In this document: positions 10,774-19,718 of the stretch, piece by piece
How positions within the stretch are numbered: the first letter of the stretch is position 1
Layout: each line of letters opens with the position of its first letter
Assembly: GCA_038330175.1 (NCBI GenBank)
Contig: JBBQNS010000004.1
Coordinates: 67-64,066, forward strand
DNA from: Kiritimatiellia bacterium
GTDB taxonomy: Bacteria; Verrucomicrobiota; Kiritimatiellia; CAIKKV01; CAITUY01
Length of the DNA stretch: 64,000 nt
Direction of reading: 5' to 3'
The notes under the pieces: generated by a model
The model's database searches: none
What the model was told of the DNA's origin: nothing
Seen by the model: the letters and a program-made list of their open reading frames with translations, nothing else
Made by a program: the position numbers and the translations under genes

Positions 10774-12066
10774 CTAATAAAGCTCTTGAGCTTTAGCCAC
10801 CGTGGCTTTGATGCTTCCACGCTTATTGGCGACGAAGGTAGCGGCCCGACTCCCCAATGCATTTCGCATGGGTTCATCTGCAAGTAACTGGTCCAGCTTC
10901 TCATGAAGTTCTGCCTCCGACCCAACCTGAAGCAAGGCATCGGACTCCTTAAATTCGCGAACAATATCGGCGAAGTTCTCCATATTGGGGCCGACCACTA
11001 CGGGACGTCCACACACCGCAGGTTCAATAATGTTCTGCCCACCATGCTGTGTCAGGCTTTTTCCAATAAAAATGACCGTAACCGCCGTGTATAGATGCTT
11101 CAATTCGCCCGTGGTATCAACCAACAGCACACCGGGTGTGTCGCCCGCTGACAAAGAGCCGCCTTTACTCCGCTGAACGAACATAAGGTTGCGCCGTTCA
11201 ATTAAAGCGACCACCTCATCCCGACGCTCAGCGTGGCGCGGGACCAATATCAATTTTAGATTAGGGAACTTTGTCTTTGACTGAAGATAATAATCGAGCA
11301 AGACGTCTTCTTCACCCGGCCAGGTAGACCCGCCCAACAAGATCAAATCACCGGGCACCATGTGTGCAGCTGCAAGAATCGCTGTGGCGGCTTCCAGACT
11401 GCCAGGATCCTTGAGCGCCACATCATACTTAGCGCTTCCGGTCTCCTGAACGCAGCCTGACCTCGCTCCAAGCGTCAGATAGCGGGCTTGATCCTGCGGC
11501 CCTTGAACACACAGATGATCCACCATCCGTAGCAATGGCGTGAATAACCAGCGATAGCGATAATAGCCCTTGAAAGATCGATCCGACATACGCCCATTAA
11601 TTAACAGTACCGGAATGGCTCGGTCCTTGCTGAGTCGGATCAAATTTGGCCAGAACTCACATTCCGTCAAGACCAGCATCCGGGGCTTCAATAATCCCAA
11701 AACCCGCTTGATAACCCAGGGAAAATCGACGGGGAAATAGATCAGCACGTCATCCTTATTTAAAGCCTTGGCCGCAAGGGTATGCGCCGTGGACGTGTTA
11801 ACACTCAGCACGAAAGCCATATCAGGCTGGAGTTGGCGCCATTCCTCCATGAAGCGAAGCGCTACATAGGTTTCACCTACACTTACCGCATGAACCCAAA
11901 CGCGGGAGCGTTCATTGATATGCGCCTTCAGAGCATCATCATAGTTCCCTAACCGCTGCATGAAGCCTTTGGCATAGCCGCCCCGTCGGCACATCCGCAG
12001 CAAGAAATAAGGCAACATCGCCAAGAACAAAATTGGAAATAATAAATTATAAATCAGCCAAATCAT
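10774..12066 (-). CDS. waaA: 3-deoxy-D-manno-octulosonic acid (Kdo) transferase
   Basis: 430 aa with an N-terminal membrane anchor and WVHAVSVGE motif, and GT30/KdtA-like overall. Confidence 0.85.
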   Translation of the reverse strand: MIWLIYNLLFPILFLAMLPYFLLRMCRRGGYAKGFMQRLGNYDDALKAHINERSRVWVHAVSVGETYVALRFMEEWRQLQPDMAFVLSVNTSTAHTLAAKALNKDDVLIYFPVDFPWVIKRVLGLLKPRMLVLTECEFWPNLIRLSKDRAIPVLLINGRMSDRSFKGYYRYRWLFTPLLRMVDHLCVQGPQDQARYLTLGARSGCVQETGSAKYDVALKDPGSLEAATAILAAAHMVPGDLILLGGSTWPGEEDVLLDYYLQSKTKFPNLKLILVPRHAERRDEVVALIERRNLMFVQRSKGGSLSAGDTPGVLLVDTTGELKHLYTAVTVIFIGKSLTQHGGQNIIEPAVCGRPVVVGPNMENFADIVREFKESDALLQVGSEAELHEKLDQLLADEPMRNALGSRAATFVANKRGSIKATVAKAQELY

Positions 12067-12081
12067 AATATCACACGCTCC

Positions 12082-13047
12082 CTACGCTCTCGGGTGGGCA
12101 TCATCGTATACTTTCTTCAATTTTTCCACAGTTACATGTGTATAGATCTGGGTAGTGGACAAGCTGGCATGGCCCAGCAACTCCTGCACACTCCGTAAAT
12201 CGGCGCCTGCATCCAACATGTGGGTGGCAAAAGAATGCCGCAACGAATGCGGCGAAATGTCCGGGTTAAGATTGGCACCCAACAGGTATTTCTTCAGCAA
12301 CCGCTCAACCGACCGGCTCGTCAATTTGCCACCATGGACATTCAAAAATAGCGGACGGTCATTCGGACGCCGGCGCTCTATCTCTGGCCAGAGTTCATTC
12401 CGCAGCACAAGGGAGACTCGCAGGGCTTTGGCCGCTGGGCGTCCCAATGCGCACAGACGCTCTTTTTTACCTTTACCGCGCACCTGCACCACCCCGCTCA
12501 GGGAGTCCACCTGGGGCTCCAAAAGTCCGACGATCTCGGTAATACGGCCTCCGGTACTATATAGCACCTCGAGAATAGCTTGATCACGCAACGCGCAGTA
12601 TTCCACCAGCTTACGTTCACGCAACTGTTTCGGCTTTTTCGCATCTGCCCATAACTTCAGGGGCATTTCCAGCAAGCGGTTAATTTCATCGCGTGACAGG
12701 AAATTAGGCAGTTTCTTGGCGCGTTTTGGAGCCTTCAATCCCGAGAATGGATTCAGTGTTACCATCGCCTCACGCTCCATAAATTTATAAAACGCGCGCA
12801 GGCTGGACAATTTCCGAGACGTGGTCGTGGCCTCACTCCCGCGCTTCTGGAAATCAACTAAAAAGGCACGTGCCTTAAATCGATCAACGGTCTCCCATTC
12901 ATAGGGAGGCAAGGCATCTCCAGTCCAGGTGAAGCGGATAAACTGGGCGATATCCATCAGATAGTTAGCTATGGTGTGCCGTGACGCATTTCGTTCATGC
13001 TCCAGATGGGCGGCATACTGGGATACGCAAGGGTCATCCGTCATCAT
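12082..13047 (-). CDS. xerC: tyrosine recombinase XerC/XerD family
   Basis: C-terminal catalytic region ..HSLRHSFATHMLDAGADLRSVQELLGHASLSTTQIYTHV.. with the nucleophilic Tyr. An N-terminal SAM-like domain is present. The start is uncertain; the ORF extends to 13143. Confidence 0.85.
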   Translation of the reverse strand: MMTDDPCVSQYAAHLEHERNASRHTIANYLMDIAQFIRFTWTGDALPPYEWETVDRFKARAFLVDFQKRGSEATTTSRKLSSLRAFYKFMEREAMVTLNPFSGLKAPKRAKKLPNFLSRDEINRLLEMPLKLWADAKKPKQLRERKLVEYCALRDQAILEVLYSTGGRITEIVGLLEPQVDSLSGVVQVRGKGKKERLCALGRPAAKALRVSLVLRNELWPEIERRRPNDRPLFLNVHGGKLTSRSVERLLKKYLLGANLNPDISPHSLRHSFATHMLDAGADLRSVQELLGHASLSTTQIYTHVTVEKLKKVYDDAHPRA

Positions 13048-13654
13048 GGCCCCACCCTGCCCGGCTCCACCGAGGGCCGGCACATTGGAAGCCGAGGGGA
13101 GATGCGCAGGTTTGCGCTTCAGATAGGGCTCGTCAAGGTTCATAAGGTTGATTTCGTCATCAGAGAAAAATAGTCGGGGTATACAAGCAAATCAATTTTT
13201 TTCTCAGTCATCTCGCCAGGGCAAACGCCTCGAAGCGCTATCCGGGTAGTTCGCGCGCTATGAGCGCGACATTCTCTCCGCATGCAGGATGCCAATGGCG
13301 GGCTCGTAACGCCCAACACCATTAACTCTTCAAAGGCTATTGAAATAAAAATGATGCACCACCCGCTTTGCTTGAGGCACGGAGACACAGAGAACTCACA
13401 CATCGGTAGCGGCAAGTCCAAATGTGGCGTGTATTTCGTCCACGGGGGTACCCATTTAATATTTCACAGGTCTTCTCTGTGTCTCTGTGTCTCCGTGCCT
13501 CTAGCGCTAGCGAGTGGTATATCTTTTTCTGAAATAGACTTCGAAATGTTAGTGGCATTGGGCTCGTAGCGCCCGCCCTCCCCGCATAAATTAGATGCGT
13601 ATACTTTAGTCATCTCGCTTGACCTAAGGCTCTTTTTCCTTCACCCTTCCCAAC

Positions 13655-14770
13655 ATGAAAATTTTACAGCCTCGCCAACGGCCCTTATTGTTGCTTGCAC
13701 TTGCCTTTTTGATTCCCCTGCCCTTCTGTTTGGGTGCCTATCTGGTTAATATCGAAGTAGCCCTGCGGATATTTTACCCGACTCTTCATGTGCTAGACCG
13801 AATTTTGCCAGTCGGCCTCTATCACCTCTGGGCCGCCTTATCTGCCGACCTCAGTACCGTTAGCACGTTGATTCCATTAATGATTCTGGCGATACCGCTC
13901 GGACAGATATTCCGCATCTTGCGACGGCAGGAGTCTGACCCCACGTTTGCCCAGCGTTTAGGGCCTGACCCCTATCCCTCACATTTCGGTTTTTTCCAGG
14001 TCATGCTGGGACTTACCGGTACACTTTACGGCATGTTCATCGGTTTGGATGTGAGCGGCGTCAGTGAATTAGCCGGCCATGCCCCCTCCGCTGATTCCAT
14101 TCGTCAATCGCTGGACCGGCTACTCGGCGGAACAGCCACAGCCTTGTTGAGCTCACTGGTGGGCTTGATCGGTGCCTTTGTCACCGCCCGCCCCATTCCC
14201 TGGATTTTCGGACGAGTCACTGGCGTCAAAGCTGATGAAACCCGCCAAACGCTCACCGCCACCATCGAACGCTTAACTGAAGATCTGCGTGGTTTAAGCC
14301 AGGCAAGCCGCACGTTTACTGATTATCTGAATCCGGATACCGCCAACACCATCCTCCAGCGCATGGACCGACAGGAGGCCGCTACACGCGAAGCTTGCTC
14401 TAAACTGGAAACGATTGGCCAACTTCTGGATACCCTGAACCAAAAACAGGCCGTGCAAGACCGCCAGCTCATCGCCCTCGAAAAACTGACCGACGTGGCG
14501 ACCGCTTCGCGGGATAATCAAGAGAAGACCAATGTGGCGCTTGCCGCCATCGCCCAAAGTCAAGCCATCGCCACAGAACGCCTCACTCGTCTTGACTCGG
14601 TAAATGAGCTTATACTCCGCCTTGTCGAAGGCCAGGAAACAAGACATCAGGATGAACTGAAGGCGCTATCGGGAATGACCGCCGTTGCCAATGCACAACG
14701 GGAACAGGTCCAGCGGGATCATGACGCCCTTCGTAGCGCGCTAGCCGCCTACCTTAACCCGAGCCGGTAA
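13655..14770 (+). CDS. MotA/TolQ/ExbB-family proton-channel protein with C-terminal coiled-coil extension
   Basis: Four TM segments. TM3 reads MLGLTGTLYGMFIGL (compare the G-L-x-G-T-V-x-G-I/M signature of ExbB/TolQ/MotA). TM4 reads ALLSSLVGLIGAFVTARPIPWIF (compare ALIATAIGLFAAIPAV). Then come ~170 aa of heptad-rich, Q/E/L/A/R-rich sequence. Confidence 0.7.
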   Translation: MKILQPRQRPLLLLALAFLIPLPFCLGAYLVNIEVALRIFYPTLHVLDRILPVGLYHLWAALSADLSTVSTLIPLMILAIPLGQIFRILRRQESDPTFAQRLGPDPYPSHFGFFQVMLGLTGTLYGMFIGLDVSGVSELAGHAPSADSIRQSLDRLLGGTATALLSSLVGLIGAFVTARPIPWIFGRVTGVKADETRQTLTATIERLTEDLRGLSQASRTFTDYLNPDTANTILQRMDRQEAATREACSKLETIGQLLDTLNQKQAVQDRQLIALEKLTDVATASRDNQEKTNVALAAIAQSQAIATERLTRLDSVNELILRLVEGQETRHQDELKALSGMTAVANAQREQVQRDHDALRSALAAYLNPSR

Positions 14771-14775
14771 TCCCT

Positions 14776-15549
14776 ATGAGCTCACAACACGACGAACATA
14801 AGGACTATGAGCAGTTGGATGAAGCCATCGGCCACTCCACGCACAAGCTCTTTAACATGAGTCCTAACGATGTCCTGGTGCAGATTGCTCTTCCCGTCGT
14901 ACTGATTCTTGCCATTGCCACCCGCCTAATCACCATCGGCCAGGGTATGTCTAATCAAAGCCAGAATCCCGCGATCCTCGATTTATGGAAACAACATCTC
15001 ATCTTGCGAGTCGACCGCACGCTTGACCACTGGGAGAAGGAGTCTGGGTTAGCCCAATTCTCGGATTTCAACCGGGTTTACTGGTCCAATCATTGGCCGG
15101 ATGACGATCGGTTCCGCCAACTCTGCAAAAAAGCGGCCGAGTTGGCCGATATGGAGAAGCTTAAGGAAACGCTCTATCGGGAAGCCCTCAATGGAGCCCT
15201 TTCCGTTCAACCAGGTGATGCAAACCCTGGGCAATTTGTGAGCCTCTATGATCCCCGCTATGCGGCTCCCGGGGTCATTTCAAATTCCGTTCCCCCGGAG
15301 TTCCAGATAGATGATACCCGCCGTCAATTTGCGTTTCAGTATATTGAAGAACGTTGCAAGCGATGGAATCGGGAAATTGAAGATTTACAATGGAAACTGG
15401 TCGACCACCTTGCAGCGGAACTTCCCGCCGGGGATCCGCTCACGGATGCACGACTCGAAACCCAAATGAAAAAAATCGCATCAGCTCTCGAAGCACGTGG
15501 CTATCCTTTATTACCCGGCCTCACCCACGAATACCGAAAGGCACCCTGA
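14776..15549 (+). CDS. single-pass membrane protein with MotB/TolR/ExbD-like N-terminus (Asp at TM start) and unrecognised C-terminal domain
   Basis: ..MSPNDVLVQIALPVVLILAIATRL.. places an Asp immediately before a single TM, as in ExbD/TolR/MotB. The ~200-aa C-terminal domain has no obvious OmpA-like or ExbD-like motifs. It starts 6 nt after the upstream stop. Confidence 0.55.
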   Translation: MSSQHDEHKDYEQLDEAIGHSTHKLFNMSPNDVLVQIALPVVLILAIATRLITIGQGMSNQSQNPAILDLWKQHLILRVDRTLDHWEKESGLAQFSDFNRVYWSNHWPDDDRFRQLCKKAAELADMEKLKETLYREALNGALSVQPGDANPGQFVSLYDPRYAAPGVISNSVPPEFQIDDTRRQFAFQYIEERCKRWNREIEDLQWKLVDHLAAELPAGDPLTDARLETQMKKIASALEARGYPLLPGLTHEYRKAP

Positions 15550-15552
15550 CCC

Positions 15553-17961
15553 ATGAAATACACACCCTTTGCAGTATTCGGTCTTGGAATGCTTGCCGTT
15601 TTTGGAACGTTGACCGCCAATTACGGTGAAACCACCAATGCCTTACCCAGCCAGGCCGATTCAGCCAAAGACCGCGCGAAATGGCGACTAGCCACGATTT
15701 CGGCCGCCCGTGAAATCCTGGATGAACTGAACCATCCTCAGCCCCTTGGGTCTGATGATCGGGCGGTTCTAGTCGATAAGTTAAATAACGCCATGCAAAA
15801 GGATTTGCAGGCACACGCCTCACGCTCCGCTAGCCAGAATTTGTGCGCCGAAATTGCGATCAAAATGCGACGGGAAAATCTCGAGCGCAGATTTAAGGAG
15901 GTGACAGCCCATGCGAATGAGCAGTCGCTACTCTCTGTCACTTGGGCAGACGTTGAATCCCATCTGGGCGGCGGCTGGAGCAATACCGTCGAGCAAGCCA
16001 TGCAGTCTTTCGCCAATACCGAACTGGCTCCTTTATTCAAGGATTCCCGCGCTCGGGCAGTTGGCCTGCTACGACAGGAATTGGAACAACAATTCCGATT
16101 CCCCACGGAGAACGAAGTCAACGGAATGCTGGGAGAACTCGTTGCCCGGCATTCAAATTCGCCAGCCTTAACGGCAAACGATGAAGCCGTGCTTCAACAA
16201 CAGATTATGGATTTGGCCAATCCCGAGCATAAGGTCTATTTTGAAGAGCTCGCGCAAGTCCTAAGGGAACCCACGCTCCGAATATCCGGAGAAACCCGAA
16301 AGCAATATGAGCGACAACTAAGTTTGCTGGATACAGCGGCAAGTCAGAGGGTCCCTAATGACCGTCGTCAGGCCTCAACCATCGGGACGGCACTCGTCAA
16401 AGCCATCGAAAATGATCTTGAGATTGAACGCGCAAAGCCACCTATCACAGATGTCGGTGGAAAGATTATCCCCGTTTACCCGCTTCTGGCACCTGTCCTC
16501 AGTTTCGTTCCCGTCATTGCAACGAAACTGGAATCCGAACGCCTGATCACTTTTCTTGCCCAGTGCCCCGTCTTGGCCCTTCAGTCCGATTCTCTTGCCA
16601 AGGTCATCCGCGCAGCGCCAGAAAAACATCACACGTTAGCATTGAGTGAAAACGAATTCATGACTTCACTACAGCCCGACCTTCTGGCAAAAGCAACCAC
16701 CGCTTATGCCGCTGAAGCAAACCCCGTAGGCGAAACCCATTATTTCGAAACGTTGCTGACAACAAATCCAGCCCTCACAACTGCTTTTAAAGCACGGGTA
16801 TCCATCGAACTCCACGCCCAATTGCCAGAGGCGCGACGCGCTGTCAGCGAAGAACAGTTCAACAAAGCCTTTTCTTCGCTGGAACGTCAGGTCGTACTGT
16901 CTTCTGAGGCACTTGCCCTCTTGCAGGATTCCGGAGGTGCGGCCCTGACATCACTATCGGAGGCTGCAAAACTATTCGGAATCTCGGTTCGCAATAATAA
17001 TTCCCTTTTGGAAGAAACGGTCAATCGAGTTCTGACCCTTTCCAATCAGAAGGCGCGGGAAGGCTATGACGTACTCACTTCACAATTGACCCTCGTCCGT
17101 AAACTCGAACAGGATCGCCTTGCCAAGCTTCGTGACGACGTTGCAGCCCGCCGTCCCTACAAAGCCATACGTGCAGAGTGGCAAGCTGCTCTTGAGGCCG
17201 CATGGAGCGCCGATTCCCGCTCCCAGTCAACTCCCTATAAAGAAATCTTGGATCTGACACTGGCGAGTTTGAATAAGGCGGTTCGACAGCTCTATGACTC
17301 GGTTCAGGAAAGTCCCACTACCGCAACGGCAGCCACACCGTCCGAGGCGAGGCCGACCACTGAAACCGAACAGGGAAAGGTCAAGGAATTGCTCCAAGTC
17401 CCAGCCAAACCGGAAGACCAGAACCCTGAGCCACAAAAAGAGGTTAAACCCCCTGCCCCCAAGACAAGCGACAAGGGTGCAGGTAGCGAGGGGGCGGCAG
17501 ACGTCGTGCTTAGCCGTACCCGCGTGGATCGCCGGAATGAACCTGACGGGATCCTGCTCCTTACCGGAGCGGCCACCGGTCCCGCCACGGCGCGTTTACT
17601 CAATCAGGCGGGTATGGCTATTTTCAGCATCTCATTCGATCCCGGGAAGCCCCAGGAGGCGGCTACGGTTATTTTTGAGGCCATGAAACCGCAGCTGAAG
17701 ACCATCTGGGCCAACACGGTTCTCGAGTGGCAAAAGGAACATAGCGGATTGGGCATCTTGAAACGGCGTACCCCGCCCAAGCTCAAACTTTTCATTGTCA
17801 TCGAAAGCGAAGATGTCCGCCATCGCATGAGCCTGCTGCTACGGCAGCACATCGACGAGCTCCTCACCGAATGGGATAAGGCGGCTGAAAAAGGCACCCC
17901 AGCAGTTGAATTAGACTGGAAAGTTGGCCTGACCTTTGAGCAGATCACTCAAGGCCCTTGA
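15553..17961 (+). CDS. large membrane-anchored helical protein with Pro/Glu/Lys-rich linker (TolA/TonB-like architecture), function unknown
   Basis: N-terminal hydrophobic anchor FAVFGLGMLAVFGTL, about 550 aa of A/E/L/Q/R-rich sequence, a PEDQNPEPQKEVKPPAPK linker, and a ~170-aa C-terminal domain. It starts 4 nt after the upstream stop. Confidence 0.5.
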   Translation: MKYTPFAVFGLGMLAVFGTLTANYGETTNALPSQADSAKDRAKWRLATISAAREILDELNHPQPLGSDDRAVLVDKLNNAMQKDLQAHASRSASQNLCAEIAIKMRRENLERRFKEVTAHANEQSLLSVTWADVESHLGGGWSNTVEQAMQSFANTELAPLFKDSRARAVGLLRQELEQQFRFPTENEVNGMLGELVARHSNSPALTANDEAVLQQQIMDLANPEHKVYFEELAQVLREPTLRISGETRKQYERQLSLLDTAASQRVPNDRRQASTIGTALVKAIENDLEIERAKPPITDVGGKIIPVYPLLAPVLSFVPVIATKLESERLITFLAQCPVLALQSDSLAKVIRAAPEKHHTLALSENEFMTSLQPDLLAKATTAYAAEANPVGETHYFETLLTTNPALTTAFKARVSIELHAQLPEARRAVSEEQFNKAFSSLERQVVLSSEALALLQDSGGAALTSLSEAAKLFGISVRNNNSLLEETVNRVLTLSNQKAREGYDVLTSQLTLVRKLEQDRLAKLRDDVAARRPYKAIRAEWQAALEAAWSADSRSQSTPYKEILDLTLASLNKAVRQLYDSVQESPTTATAATPSEARPTTETEQGKVKELLQVPAKPEDQNPEPQKEVKPPAPKTSDKGAGSEGAADVVLSRTRVDRRNEPDGILLLTGAATGPATARLLNQAGMAIFSISFDPGKPQEAATVIFEAMKPQLKTIWANTVLEWQKEHSGLGILKRRTPPKLKLFIVIESEDVRHRMSLLLRQHIDELLTEWDKAAEKGTPAVELDWKVGLTFEQITQGP

Positions 17962-17982
17962 CCAGAAGACTCGCATAATTCG

Positions 17983-18113
17983 CCCTGCCCACGCGGCTCA
18001 GCCTCTTCGACAAGCTCAGGGCAGGCAAGCTTCGCCCTCCAGAAGAACATGATAGACAGAGATGAGATGTTTCTTTTGGAGGGCGATGCTTGCCGGGCCG
18101 CGTGAATAAAAGG
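17983..18113 (+). repeat. long-hairpin palindromic element, copy A of 3
   Basis: ccctgccc-acgcggctcag..gcttcgccctccagaaga-[loop]-tcttttggagggcga..gccgcg-tgaataaaagg. Shared with 21373-21486 and 50568-50686 (inverted). Confidence 0.8.
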
Positions 18114-18166
18114 TGTTGACTGCATTTCAGCTTTACTGATTTCCAGTATATGTTTATCCTGCTCTT

Positions 18167-18400
18167 ATGAATGCTATTTTGGAACTTAATTCACGAGGGA
18201 CGCTAACGCTTCCAAAGGCCATGCGACGCCTTCTGGGGCTGGATCATGGGGGACGGATCATTGCGGAGACTTCGGAACAGGGAATATTGTTGCGCCCTGG
18301 CGTGGCTTTCCCTATCGAAATCTACTCCGATGCCCGGGTATCCGAGTTTGACTCCGCCGAGGAGGAACTTGGGAAACATCTGAAGCGTCGTTCAAAATGA
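18167..18400 (+). CDS. vapB: antitoxin, AbrB/MazE/SpoVT-fold (VapB-like)
   Basis: 77 aa, ..GTLTLPKAMRRLLGLDHGGRII.. swapped-hairpin-type antitoxin. It overlaps the downstream PIN gene by 4 nt. Confidence 0.7.
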   Translation: MNAILELNSRGTLTLPKAMRRLLGLDHGGRIIAETSEQGILLRPGVAFPIEIYSDARVSEFDSAEEELGKHLKRRSK

Positions 18401-18813
18401 GGGTGTTCGCTGACGCCAATGTCCTATTCTCCGCGGCCGATCCCAAAAGCGCCACACGAATACTATTGGAGGCTCTCTTCCAACATGCTGCCGTTGTGAT
18501 CAATGAGCATGTTTGGGAGGAAGTTAGGCGAAATGTTGACTTGAAACGTCCAAGCCTGATTTCCAGTCTCGAGAAGCTCAAACCTCGCTTTCACATGAGC
18601 GCAAAGATGACAGTCTTGAAAGACGTTGCACTTCCCGATAAGGATCAACCTGTTTTGGGAGGAGCCGTAGCAGACCAATGTTCACATCTTTGGACTGGCG
18701 ATAAGCGTCATTTTGGGCATTTGTATGGGAAAACTATAGGCGGCACTCTTGTTGTTTCCGCAACGATGCTGGCCGATGAACTGCAGCGCAAAGACTGGAT
18801 CATATTTAGATAA
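18397..18813 (+). CDS. vapC: PIN-domain toxin (VapC-like)
   Basis: MRVFADANVLFSA... with an N-terminal acidic residue pattern and ..TGDKRHF.. C-terminal motif, paired with the upstream antitoxin. Confidence 0.7.
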   Translation: MRVFADANVLFSAADPKSATRILLEALFQHAAVVINEHVWEEVRRNVDLKRPSLISSLEKLKPRFHMSAKMTVLKDVALPDKDQPVLGGAVADQCSHLWTGDKRHFGHLYGKTIGGTLVVSATMLADELQRKDWIIFR

Positions 18814-18834
18814 ACCGCGCCAATTACCAGACCT

Positions 18835-19704
18835 TTAACGGCAAGGCGGCAACACTGCCGGAATAAATCCGTTTTCTTTTAACCAGAAAACTAGATCGTT
18901 CGCCCAGGGATGTGGGCGTTCAAAAGGCCATTTGGCGACCAAGCCAATGCCATGACAGCCCTTGGTGTAGATGTGTAAATCAAAGGGAATGTTGTTACGC
19001 CGTAAAGCAGCAGCAAACTGCAGGCTGTTTTCGACCTTCACCGCATTGTCCTCCCAGGTATGCCATATAAAACAAGGGGGCGTTTGGGACGTCACATTCA
19101 GCTCCGCCGAAAGATGCTGAATCAGCTCAGGAGTCGGATTGTCACCCAATAAATTCGAGCGTGACCCTAAATGGGTAACATCATCATCCTGCATGGAAAG
19201 AACCGCATAGCAAAGCACCCCGAAATCGGGTCGTGAACTCACGCGCTCAATCGGGTCAGAATTATGAGCCTGACCGGCATCAAAATGTGTGATCAACGAG
19301 GAAGCCAAATGTCCGCCAGCGGAGGACCCCATGATGCCGATCCGGTCCGGCCGGACGCCCCAACGAACGGCCCCGCACCGAACCACTCGCAAGGCGCGCG
19401 CCGCGTCCTGTATCATCACCGGGTGGCGGTAGTTAGAGGAACCTAGTCGATATTTCAAGACAAAGGCCGCCAGTCCTTGTTGATTCAGAAACAAGGCATA
19501 ATCCCGACCCTCGTGTTCCGCCAGTCCCCAATAACCGCCCCCAGGACAAATTACCATAGCGGCCCCAGAGGACTTCCCCTCCTCCGGCAGATAGATTTCA
19601 AGGGAAGGCCTGTCTGCATCGCCCTGCCCCAAGGCGCCAGGTGCGCCGGCCGGCCATAATTCGATTCTTTCGCAAGGTACTCCTGAGGATAAAGATGTTG
19701 TCAT
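18835..19704 (-). CDS. alpha/beta-hydrolase fold esterase (acetyl-esterase/lipase-like)
   Basis: HGGG-type oxyanion motif (VICPGGGYW) and nucleophile elbow GSSAGG. Confidence 0.7.
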   Translation of the reverse strand: MTTSLSSGVPCERIELWPAGAPGALGQGDADRPSLEIYLPEEGKSSGAAMVICPGGGYWGLAEHEGRDYALFLNQQGLAAFVLKYRLGSSNYRHPVMIQDAARALRVVRCGAVRWGVRPDRIGIMGSSAGGHLASSLITHFDAGQAHNSDPIERVSSRPDFGVLCYAVLSMQDDDVTHLGSRSNLLGDNPTPELIQHLSAELNVTSQTPPCFIWHTWEDNAVKVENSLQFAAALRRNNIPFDLHIYTKGCHGIGLVAKWPFERPHPWANDLVFWLKENGFIPAVLPPCR

Positions 19705-19718
19705 TAGCTAAACTCCGA

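Noticed and set aside
17294-17686. 130-aa Arg/Pro-rich plus-strand ORF and 17304-17603 minus-strand ORF inside the 802-aa gene
   Set aside because: They are out-of-frame or antisense translations of the Pro/Glu/Lys linker region, and compositionally artefactual.
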